A stretch of DNA of 63,648 nt, the filler included, from Bigelowiella natans CCMP2755 (taxonomy: Eukaryota; Protista; Cercozoa): NCBI GenBank assembly GCA_000320545.1. It is 5 parts of 5 records of this genome, joined end to end, with 100 filler letters (N's around TTAATTAATTAA, not from the genome) between each part and the next. Parts side by side here need not be neighbours in the genome. Positions count along the whole stretch, not along the records: positions 19,300 to 42,722 come from ADNK01003428.1; 4 more parts are not named here. The stretch is one strand, 5' to 3'. Below are positions 31,957-42,822 of the stretch, piece by piece. A program made the translations under genes and the position numbers. Under the pieces are notes generated by a model. That model ran no database searches and had not been told where the DNA came from. It worked only from the letters and a program-made list of their open reading frames with translations. Within the stretch, counting starts at the first letter, position 1. Each line of letters begins with the position of its first letter.

Positions 31957-34900
31957 TCAATAATTCTTATCATGAATGTTGTATTCTAAGTTTCGGGCTT
32001 CGTCTGCCTTTTCTTTAGATCCGAATTCTTTGTATGCACGCGGTAATAACATTATGTTAACGTGATTTGAAAGTCCCTGAAATGTAAATGTCGGAAGAAA
32101 GATAGTTTAAAAGAGAAATAACAGTCACATACAATCGATTCAGTACCTGTAGTAAGACCTCGCCATCATATTTGACTACTTTCCACTTCTTGGCTCTTCT
32201 CAAGATTCCAGTGAACGTATCGGACATCTTCTGCGATATTTCGCATAAATCGCTAAATTTAATTTGATGATGGCCTTCATGAGCCTCAGCTCCATGTTTC
32301 ATTATCACATCCACTAAAAGGCACATTCGTTTCCTAACCCATTCTTTTGCCCTAAAAATGAATTTGGTTTCTTAGTCTTTCCTACAAGTGTGCTATGAAG
32401 GAAGATATTGGATTTAAGAAAAACAGAAGGTAATTTTACTTTTCATTGGCCTTAGATTCTTTCCTATTAATGAAACGTCTTGATTCTTCATTTCTGCTTG
32501 GTTCTTTGTTTTTCCAAATCCGTGCTATTCTTTTCTGTAACGTTTTCATTAGGATCGCTCAGATGATATTATTTTAAAGTTCAAAAATAAGTAACCTTAG
32601 TTTGTTCTTCTTGCTTATTTTTCTCTTTATCCCACACTTCCTCTACAAGCTCCCATCTGCCATGTGTGACCCGATCGGTTAATGCAGTTTTTAACCTAAA
32701 ATTCGTTTTATTTCTATACATGTACCTGCCTGCAGATAATGCCTCTTTAAGTACATGATTTTGTCCCCACTTCGCTTCAGACTTTTCTTTCGATGATGTC
32801 GTTTCCGGTACTTTTAAATCGTCATTAGTCACTCCATCGGCTCTATGACGAGATGAGCGACTTAGGAAAGTGCTGCTAGCTGATACATTATTTTGCGCCC
32901 CAGCAACGATGGTGTCATACCTTGGAGATTTTAGACTACAATTACTTTTGGGTGAAGCCGTTGCAGGTGAAATGAGGGAAGGGGACGAAGAGCTCTTCCT
33001 GTGGATACTATTATTCACAACTTCAACCACAGTCGCTGGTTCCAATTTTCCTAATGTATCGTCTCCTTGTGGAGTAGAAGGAGGTGGTGGCGGAATCGAA
33101 CTATCTCGGACAATGGGCGGTGGCAAACTTGAATCAGATATGTCTTCACTTTTGCATCCTTCTGGTTCGAGGGTAGACATTCGAGATGGTGGAGGTGGCG
33201 GCAACGATGACATTCGTGATGGTGGAAGTGGCATTGATGTGCGCTTCAGTGGTTCAGCAATTGACTCATTCCGTATTGGTAATGACCGAGAGTGTTCCCT
33301 GCTAAAAGCGGGAGGAAGCGGCGGAACCGAACTTTGTCTGTTCAGTAATGCGGCTACAGCATCATCTTCGATGTCCTGGAAAAGTTAGGACAGAGCAATA
33401 AACATGGAAGAAAACACAAAAGTTTTTTATTCCGTTTAAATGAATTGAATCAGCTTGAATTTACTCGATGCATCTTTACCTTTCCCATTCTATATCCTTT
33501 AATGGTCCCGAACGCAAGTTTACTCGGTCTAAATTTTTCCCCCTGATAATAGAATGAAGTCAAATGGTAGGTGGGTATTTTTGGAACATTTTATCTGAAA
33601 TGTCTGTGTTTTCATCTGACCTTTCTTTGCTTTTTTCTATCGCCGGCCATTTTCGGCTTCCGCTCCAGACCGATGTTTTGATGATTTTCACCTTCTTCTA
33701 GCAACGCCTCTTGCAAGACACCCTCCGTAATCTCATTAAAATTTGGATTTTTTTTGTTCGAGCTAGAAGTCTTTGTATCACTGTAGCCATTGCTCTCATT
33801 ACTTTCGTTGACATCCGTATTATCGCTATCGCATCTTGGAATGTCACCATCTGGCCGCCGCAGCCCATTATCAGCATCACTTGGGGCTTTGGGTGCTATT
33901 TCAGATGATTCCACTCCCTTTTCAGTACTACATTTCGCCCCATCATGCAACGTTACAGATGCTGGATCTGGTTCGACAGTATTCGATAAATCAGAACCTG
34001 GCAATTCTGACTTCTCCCCACCGTACTGTGAAGAACTCTTACCTTTGAGCTCCTCGTTCCTGCCTGTTACTGCAGGAGATTTTCCATTTTGAACGTTTCC
34101 ACTCTCTTGATGATCTTTTGGAATGAAGATCTCGGCGTTATCATCGTCGGATGGGGGTGGAGGCTGAGGCTGGCCGCTTGGAGGAGGGTCCATGGAGGTC
34201 AGTTTCAGTTCCGATAGTGCAGGTTGATGTTCTGATTCATATTTACCATCTGTTTAGTTATCATTAGTAGGGAAATCGTAGCGTTACCATCAGTTGGCGG
34301 TGGAGGTGGCCGGGGCTGGCTGCTATAAGGATTAGGTTTCTTGGCCGAAACTGAAGGTTGGGGTGCTGTTCCTCTTACTTCATTATGGTTTCGAATGGAA
34401 GTGTTGATGTCATCATTTAGCGGTGGTGGTGGCTGAGGCTGAATACTCGAAGACTTATCTGTGCGAATCAAATTGTGTCTCGATGTAGGGGGCTGGGCTT
34501 TTGGATTATATGGCACGAAGGGAGCTGTTGGCCGTCTTTTTAGGAGAGCATCTTCGAATCCGTGAGATTTAGCTCTCTACATTAAATACATCCAGCTTTC
34601 AGTTACAAAGTAGTATTTTTGCCTAAATTTGATCTGAAATGCTCACTTCTCTCGTTTTCATGCGAAAAGTATTTCATTGAATTAAGAAACCTTCAAGGCT
34701 TCTGCAAGGGCGTTCGGGTCATTTGAGAAGGCTGCATTACGGAACATTTTCTTGCACTCTTTGTATTCTCTAAGCAAAGCTTTTGCTGCTGATACTACAG
34801 GAGAGTTTGATGGAAACGAACCCTTTCCTACACGATAAATGAACTGATAACTCTTTTGTTCGATATACATAAGGCTAAGATATTTCGATGCGTCTAATAG

Positions 34901-37459
34901 TTACCGAGAACTTCCTCTACAAGAGACCAATTTTTCTCGCGAAGTGCAGCTTCCAAAGTTGCGATATTTCCGTCTTTTTTTGGTCTTATAAGCTTCTGAA
35001 AAACCTCGCGCCCACGAACGATGAGATGATGACGAAATTGGGTCTAAAAAGACAAAATGTGTATCAGTAGTAACCAATAGAATGTATCGTAAAGTCAAAC
35101 GTTAGCTGTGACGAGTTTTGAGGAAAATTCTCCTGTCTCTGGGTTAATGATGCTTTTCAACTCAAACTTCTCCGCCCGATTCAAATACTTTTCTAATTGT
35201 CTACGATCTTCTCGCTGAATTGCTCTGAGTAGGCTGATGAGTAGTTTTTCCTGAATTTTTAGATGCTCACAAAATTGGTGACTAAGGGCCTCTAGTTCTC
35301 CAGCTAAGCCCAGTTCTTGTGCCATCTCCATCGCCACCTGAACACCATCAAAATCTCTAATCTCGACTGCGCTTTTCAGTTGGGCTCGGTATGCCTGCAG
35401 ATCGTCATGAATTTTCTTGGCACAAAGTAATGCGGCCTCCATGGGGTCCATAGAGCAATCTTCGGCCCGCTTTATTGCACCACTTAGCATTACTATGTCT
35501 CTTTCCACTATAGCCTTGCTAAGTAGGGCTCTTGCAATCCCATGCTCTTTCCCTAAAACTTCTTGTTTTTTCTTCTCTTCTTCTTGGCGTTTTTCCTCCT
35601 TACCTCTTAACTCGAAGAAATGAATTAGAAGACTGCTCAATACCTCAGTAGCAATATCCCTCTCAAGATCGTGCTCCGGTTCGAGAACACCGTCGACAAA
35701 TACGTAAGCGAGAAATGTTAGCTCATCCTTATTTACTGCCATGCAAGCGCACATGTCACACAACCGCTTGAGTGTTGCATAATTATTGGGATCCAAATAA
35801 AGCAGCATTGCTTTGTAAGCCCTTTGACCAGCTTCTGACTTTTTCGACCGTGCATCCTTTATGACCTGGTGGTATCGTTTTTGTGGTACGATAGGTTCTG
35901 GTCTCAATAAAAATACGCTTTTCATTGCGGCTGCAATGGTGTATGGCTTGACCTCTGTCAAGAAGTGGTTGAGAAACCAGGTGCTCCTTGTTGAAATTGC
36001 GATTTCTGTCATACGAAGCATTTCTGGATCGACAACACGAACGTATTCTACAGAACTCTCTGCGGCGGTAAAAATATCTTTTACGTGTGTTAAAGGGGGT
36101 ATAATTCGTTTTAATCGAACGCCATCTTTGCTTACAGTTACATCAGTTTCGTAAAGTGGGATATTGTTATCAGCTTCTATATGTAGCATTCGTTCATAGT
36201 CGTTTATTCCGAGAAACTCGTAAACATATTGGACTTCCTTAGCGTCTGTGTCTTGATATTGTGCGATCTCTTTCAGAAGACTATCCCAGAATATCTGGAG
36301 CTGTTTGCATCTTGGATTCGCATCTGATCCAAGCTTGGACATCCCCAACTTTTTTGAGGCTGTAGCAAACCAGCCTTTTTTTTTGGGAAAGCAAGTTGCG
36401 GATATTGGAAACACTTCCTTTATAGCTGTGACAATTTGCTGCTGTTCTTGAAAGCGGCAATCAACGCTCCAGGGACGATCCTCGTCCCCGCTACCCTTAA
36501 GTGTTAATTTGTACCAGACGTGATCCTTATTTTGTAGGTCTAATCTTGTGCTTGAAGTTACCGAAATTGTGTACTCTGCACCTTTGAATTTTTTTAATCG
36601 CGATAATTCCAGCGATACTTCAGACCCATTTAAACTTTCATTCATCGAATTACCGCTACTGTTACCAAATACACTATCTCCAAGGATATCTTTTGTCTGG
36701 TAGTGATATTGTAGATCAAAACGTTTACATCATACATTATTGATTTAATATGTTTTCCGTACCCCAACATTGCGAGTTGTTTCTGCTGCAGCCCGCCGTA
36801 AAGAGTTAATTATATAATCCATTTATCCTGTTCCATCTGTACATATTCACAAAATATTTGAAAGCACATCCAAATATTAACTCAAAGTTTTACATCACGT
36901 CACTTAACCTGATTTGCGCACAGTAGGTAATGAAATATTGGCTTACCCTAAATCATCGAAGAGAAATTAGAACATTTAGAGGCTGTATTGCTTGATAGAT
37001 TATATGACATTTACTTGCTGAATTCGAATAGAATATTTCTTTCCAGTCAAAGAATCTGCGTTTGAAATTTTTGCTCCCCGAAGTGGTATATGACCCTTTT
37101 TAATGTTAATCATTTGTAATGCAAACCATTGATGGTGATGATTGTCTATCACCTTAGGGATCTCATCTCCAGGTATTTCAAAATAATACAAAACTTCATC
37201 TCTTAGCTCAAAGTATCTGAATGCACCATCATATCTAACACGGATCAAGAACATTAAGTTAAAATTGCGCACCTTTCTTGCCATCCTCCGCGAACTTTGT
37301 CTTCTCCTGAACACATGATAATGCCTTCATCCAATACATTAGCCAGATAGTTTCATTTAGATCTACTACATAGTTGGCAGGTTTTCTAATTGCTTTCCTT
37401 CTAATCCAAGGTCACCCACCTTTTGCAGCAGCATTTTTGGTCAAAAAGCCTTTCATCAT
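31957..37459 (-). CDS. PH + PX + RhoGAP-like + Pro-rich + C-terminal Costars (ABRA/ABRACL) domain protein
   Basis: PH: MKGFLTK, GWQERYFELRDEVLYYF, GHIPLRGAKI, EQDKWI. PX: VWYKLTLK, WSVDCRF, FPKK, RCKQLQIFWDSLL. RhoGAP: IAAAMKSVFLLRPEPIVP, LDPNNYATLKRL, LAYVF. PPPP repeats. Costars: IKFSDL, TFTGILRRAKKWKVVKYDGEVLLQG. Short GT-AG introns link the ORFs (e.g. ~34251-34286). Confidence 0.8.
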
Positions 37460-38608
37460 GGTTCATGCAATGGCGGGTGCCTTTGGCTTTGTTCTAGAAA
37501 AAGAATTATGCAGTGCAATCAGGCTATTTTGTTCATACGACAACTCTTTTTGCTCCAAACCAAATCGCAGTCCTCGTTGAGGAAATGCCTTTTCAATTTA
37601 TATTTGCATGAGAAAGCATCCATGCGAAATCAATTAGGGACAACACAATGACGAATATTACAGTGCCGTTTGGCTGAAATACTGCCTGAGACTTCGCATC
37701 TACGACAACTTGGTGTTCGGTCCTTCAGATCAAGCAAAAACCCACTTTCATTGTTGTGTTCGAGACCATGCTATTTCATCCATGCGACAACTCTTCCTGC
37801 TCCAAAGCAAATTAGAGCCCTCGTTGAGGCAATGGAGTCTTAGCTACGTTCGGGTTGTGGTCTTGCTACAGAGATTTGCGTTGATCTTGCATGTCGCATG
37901 AACATGATCAAGATTTTGACAGGAATTAGTGCTGCACAAATGAGCGCTCACATCCACTTCGATCATGAAGGAACAACTCCCAAGATCTATACCAGCGCTA
38001 GATCAGCGCAAACGCAGACAGAAAAGCTGCTACATGCACATCAAAAATCAGAATTCTTGTCGCAGGAAACGTTTCCCCCAAGTTCACACTTTCCTTTGCA
38101 CCTAGTAGTCCAAAAATGGACCAGGAACTTTGTTGGATGCTTTCCAATTTCTACCGATTCTGATGAGCGCAGCATGAATTCTCCGGAGACTCTCGTTGAT
38201 GTGTTTGAATTTGCTCTTTGGAGACTCTCGCTTCGGCTAGGTGGGGTGAGGTTTCATCATTTGACGACTGAGAGCAGGAAGGGACTCGATGGTGGTTGAC
38301 GACTCTGTCATTTGTCATTACCAGATGGGACTTGTTGGTCTTGTGGAACTGTGGAACAGATTTGCAAACAAGTGCACGAAAGTGCACCAGTCTAGTAGTG
38401 CGTGCAAGCTAGCAAGTGCAGGGCGCATGTCACATGCACAAGCGAGTGCTTGCATTGGTTCATTGCTGCACGATTGCCATTGAGAAATCTGCTGATTCGT
38501 GTTTTTGGCAAAATTGGTGCTGCATTGTCGTGCAATGTTTGCATGAAAGCTCGCAACATCCATGATTACCTTGCTAGCTTGTGCATGTATTTCTAGATTT
38601 GTTGGACA

Positions 38609-40287
38609 TCAACAGACACATGTTCCATCGACCACACTAACCCCAAAGCACTCTTCGTTGTCACACGAGCCTGCGAAGAGCGGCTCTACAGCCAGCACAG
38701 AAGAAGCCAGACCGTCTTTTGTCACTGTCATTTGGTCCCACACGGGATCCATTGCTACCCTTCTTTGTGTGTAGTTGAGCTTCACAGGCTGTACTTCCTC
38801 GCGAACGTGCTTCCAGTACTTCTCGAACGATTCACTGCTGTTTCGAAACGAATAATATCTAGCCGCAGTAGCTTCGTCAAAACTACCAGTGACATTACTG
38901 CCATGCGAGACCCGTTGTAGCACGTACGGGTCAAGCAACCTGACGTTGGTTGGCTCTATCCCTGTCCAGTAGTATTCACGGGAAGGCAACTCGCAGCCTG
39001 TAAGAGATGGATTACAGATGTAGGTCGACTCGAGGGGGTTATGCGCCCACATCAGCGGCCAGTTCTGCGATATGCACCATTCCCGTAGATCCTCGCCTTC
39101 CGGTGTACCAAACCACATGTCAAACGACCCTATCATGAACTTAATGCTGTCGGGATATTGAAGTGTAACTGCAGGGTTGACCTCTAGGTAGCCCAATGTC
39201 CCCTCGAACAGATTCAGCAGCAGCGGCGCGGACTGGGGGGTGGAGGCGGTGGCGGGGCGATAGGTGTGCCGTGATAGCAAGCGGGTTAGGAGCCTCGCAA
39301 GATTAAAGTGAGGATAATCCTTCCTTCCTACGGCGATCGAAGTCGCGTTGTAAAAGCGAACAAATATCGTCAGAAGATGCTCCATACTATCAGGCGTTGC
39401 GATGCGTGGAGACTCGCTGTCAACAGCTTTAGCGGCACTAGTGGCGACTTGCGAGGAGCCCAGTGTCCTCTTCATTTCCCAAGCAGAGCAGTTTGCCCTT
39501 GGAATGTAATCAGATGGTGCAGGTGCCTCGTTGCTGCAGAGGCCGGTGAAGTACCCGGTGTCCACAGGAGCAACGATCGCTTCATTACCGATGTATTTTC
39601 GCGAAAATACGGCTGCAACGGGGCCGCATTGAGCATTCCCCGCGCTGTTCCGAAACATATTTAGAGCACCATACACTAGACGAGACGAGGAAGTATTCCA
39701 GTCTGGCGACGACGCATTGGCAAACGGAGGGTAGCCGAAGTAGCGCGTTTCAGACGCTGAAACGAACGGGTTGTTGGCAGAATCAACGGGTACATGTCTC
39801 AAGGCCTGAAGCATCCACTGGTTGAAGAAGTATGACGCATCTATTCCCGATTCTAGGGTAACGTCATAACCACAATTTCCATCCTCGTGCAGGCCGAAAT
39901 TGTGAACAACCTCTGCAATAGCGAGTTCTTTGCGGACTCGTTCTAGAAGTTGCTCACTGGAAAGAAGGTCAAGCTGCGATCCATCGTCTAAATCCCTTAA
40001 AAAACGGCGAGTCGCAGGATCGTCAAGTAATGATATGAGCTCAGCTTTCCCTTCTTGGGCTGTGGCTGCTGCTATCTTGGCAGCGCGCTCCACAAGGGCT
40101 CGCTGAAGGGGTAGCTGCCGTGGCAATGGCGGTGCTCGCTTCCTTATGCTCGAACCAGATCCTAATCAAATGAAGATGAACAACGATGAAAAGGTAGATT
40201 CATGGAGACAGAAAAAAAAAAGTTGATCTTGCTCGCTGTACCTGATAGAGCCAGGAGGAGGGGGAGGAGGGGGAGGAGGGGCGACAT
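38609..40287 (-). CDS. Secreted protein of unknown function, DUF3626-like core
   Basis: Short first exon MSPLLPSSPLLLALS|GT, then a 505-aa uninterrupted ORF with EVVHNF, YFFNQW, RLVYGALNMFRNSAGN, APVDTG and YLEVN, plus a Cys-rich C-terminus. The CDS is clear; the family call is tentative. Confidence 0.75.
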
Positions 40288-40929
40288 GTAGGGAATTTCG
40301 GTTGCATTCAACTTAAACTCTTAGGGCAATCATGCATTGTCGCAACTTGCAAATGGATCCGCATTCTGTGCAATTCTGGCGTATTGATGATGAGTAATCT
40401 AGGTAAACTTCGCGTTGTGCGATGTCGTTCCTCTTGATTCCCATCCAATCCTCTCGTTTCGTTTCCAGAGCGTCCGTGCAAACTGGACAAAATCACCAGG
40501 ATTTTCATGGGACAACACAGAGGAAATGTGGTCGTCTCTGGGAAACGCGGCTGAGATTGATCGCCTGCGAGGTTGCATGTGCACGTGCGGTCAAGTCTTC
40601 ACAGATCTTCCTCCCGGCGAAAGTGACAGTTTCCATTGTGTGATCCAGTTCTCCCCACACATCACATGCATTGTGTGTGCTATGTCTGTAGTCCATCGGC
40701 ATCGTAATGCATGTTTGAGCGTGAACGCAAAACAATTCGCGTTGAGCTGTTCAGCCAGTTCTGGAATTGATCGAGTCCATCAGCGTGCTGGCTAGCTGGC
40801 ATGCGCCAGTGCGCGTGAGTGTGTGCAACGCAAGCAGATCGAACGGAGCAAAGGCATCGCAAAAGTGCGCTTGATCGATTGTGAATTTGCCTTCTGGCCT
40901 TGATTGACGTTATTTTTTGGGTGTGGATG

Positions 40930-41255
40930 TGTTGCGCGTAAGGTGTTCACAGGCCGAGGCGCTACGTGCACAAGTAGGCAGGGGGGGGGAAAGGCACGTT
41001 TGCTTCCTTTTGAAGAGTTGTGTTTATTTTTATTAAAGATTATATTTTTATTAAATCGTGCACTGCGTAATCATTCGCGAAGCTTTCGCGAATGCCGCCG
41101 CACGTGGGGCAGCACACTTCCGGTGTGCTGCCATGAGTCCCGCCGGAACCCACGTGCCTATGCTGTATTAATATCTACGTTATCTATATTCTATATCCGC
41201 GACAACCCCTTTGTTGTCGCACGTGACTTGTGCCCGCGTAGTGGTACGCGCTACA
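40930..41255 (-). repeat. 3' LTR of a retrotransposon (326 bp)
   Basis: On the minus strand it begins TGTAGCGCGTA directly after a polypurine tract GGGGGAGG (41256-41263) and ends TACGCGCAACA: TG...CA ends with an 11-bp imperfect inverted repeat. Internal AATAAA signals. Confidence 0.85.
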
Positions 41256-41306
41256 CCTCCCCCAAGTCACGTTGCTCCTTCCTTCCTTCCTTATTCCCTT
41301 AGACCT

Positions 41307-42698
41307 TCATCGCTTTCGGAACTTCACCAACCACCAGGTAATAGATTCCTCTCTAACCTTATCTCCTTTGTCGCTTACCCAGAACTCACCTTCGTCCTTA
41401 GGTTCGTGTCCATACCAGCCCTCTGCATCAAGGTCCCCCAGGACCTTATACCAGTGCTCAAAGGGTAAGTCGGGAACAGCTAGGTAGAGTAGCTGATATT
41501 TTCCGTCCTTTATTTTCATAGCTACCCTCTCCATATTTCGTAATCCAGGGTAGCCTAGATAGACAATCTTCATGCGCCAATCGTCGTTCACCCTGACCTT
41601 ATTGTTTCCATATTCCACATCGAACTTAGGTCGGGGTCCTAAACAAGGCATTGCTCGCTCCCACACAGTAGGGTTTACTTTAACATCCTCTAGGAGCTTC
41701 TCACCGATATCATAATTCTTTAGGTGACTGATGTGGCGCAAGGTGACCCTGTTCCCATCATAGATGTAGTACTGCTTCCTCCCCTTCCTCTCGGTAACCT
41801 TTGCAACGCCACCCCAGAAGGGGTCTTGTTTATTTCTCGATCTCAGATTTACCTTGGCCCTAACATACTGTCCTTCCTTTAGAACTCGGCCATCGTACGG
41901 GACCTTCTCGTCTTCGCTCTCGGTATCGTCGTCGTTGTCGTCGCCTTCTTCCCTCTCCTTATCCTTGATACCTCCCCCAGACGTGAAGGTGTCGTTTACT
42001 AACCCTTGTATCTTGTCTGGTGTGGTGCTATTTATCCTGCTTAGGTTGGCCAAGGTGCGGTGGAGTCGCTCTACCTTGGAGTTGGACTGGGCATAGTATA
42101 CAGGTGAGGCATCAATATTAGGGTGTGGTAGCTGTAGAAGAGAGGTCTCATTATCCACATGTAACTTCTTTGGTATCTTGTTTATGCTAACTTCATCAGG
42201 GATAGCCTGGAGCTCAGACTCCCAGGTACGGTAGCAGTTAGTAAGCCTCTGCTTATATAAGCCTTTGTTCTTCTTAGCAACGTTGACCTTGATAATCTTT
42301 TTAACCCAGCACTTTCCAGTGGCCACATCAACGAAGGTAAGGTAGTGATAGCCATCGTACTTATAAACATCAATTTGCACGATATCTAAGAAGTTCCTTG
42401 CTTTGATTTTCTTAGATGCACGGCTCTTGCTGGACTCCTTGGTGGCGACGCCTGCCGCCTTCAAGCTGGAGCACCTGCAGCCACGCAGGTATGTCCTTAT
42501 CTCTTTTAGCTTGTAGGGCCAGTAGTAATGGTAGAGTAGAGCAGTGATATGGTTTTCTCCTACGTGTGCAGGTCCATGGGCGGTAAAGAGAAGGGCTCCC
42601 CTGGTCCGCCGTGGCACGTAGGTACGCCTAACATTATTAGTGTATACATATATCCTATCACTAAGTACCTCATGCTTGTGTTTGTATTTCAACGACAC
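41307..42698 (-). CDS. Retroviral-type DDE integrase with C-terminal adenine-methyltransferase-like extension
   Basis: Zn-finger-like AHGPAH..YYW..CRC; core VQID(110), FVD, LHVD(182)N, SNSKVE(210)RLHRTL; GPY/F-like module EGQYVR..KQDPFWGG..RHISHLK; then ~125 aa resembling the DIRS/phage Dam-type MT domain. Confidence 0.85.
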   Translation of the reverse strand: MSLKYKHKHEVLSDRIYVYTNNVRRTYVPRRTRGALLFTAHGPAHVGENHITALLYHYYWPYKLKEIRTYLRGCRCSSLKAAGVATKESSKSRASKKIKARNFLDIVQIDVYKYDGYHYLTFVDVATGKCWVKKIIKVNVAKKNKGLYKQRLTNCYRTWESELQAIPDEVSINKIPKKLHVDNETSLLQLPHPNIDASPVYYAQSNSKVERLHRTLANLSRINSTTPDKIQGLVNDTFTSGGGIKDKEREEGDDNDDDTESEDEKVPYDGRVLKEGQYVRAKVNLRSRNKQDPFWGGVAKVTERKGRKQYYIYDGNRVTLRHISHLKNYDIGEKLLEDVKVNPTVWERAMPCLGPRPKFDVEYGNNKVRVNDDWRMKIVYLGYPGLRNMERVAMKIKDGKYQLLYLAVPDLPFEHWYKVLGDLDAEGWYGHEPKDEGEFWVSDKGDKVREESITWWLVKFRKR

Positions 42699-42722
42699 AC
42701 GTTGTTCTTTTGGCGATTAGTG

Positions 42723-42822
42723 NNNNNNNNNNNNNNNNNNNNNNNNNNNNNNNNNNNNNNNNNNNNTTAATTAATTAANNNNNNNNNNNNNNNNNNNNNN
42801 NNNNNNNNNNNNNNNNNNNNNN
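42723..42822. other. Assembly gap with linker
   Basis: N-run with TTAATTAATTAA at 42767-42778. Confidence 0.98.

Larger units (their letters stand above)
40930..42722 (-). mobile_element. Ty3/gypsy-like LTR retrotransposon, 3' portion (rest in gap)
   Basis: Order integrase - PPT - LTR, with integrase as the last pol domain. The open frame runs up to the gap region. Confidence 0.85.

Noticed and set aside
32870-33388. Plus-strand Gly-rich ORF
   Set aside because: Antisense shadow of the Pro/Ser-rich exon of the RhoGAP-Costars gene.
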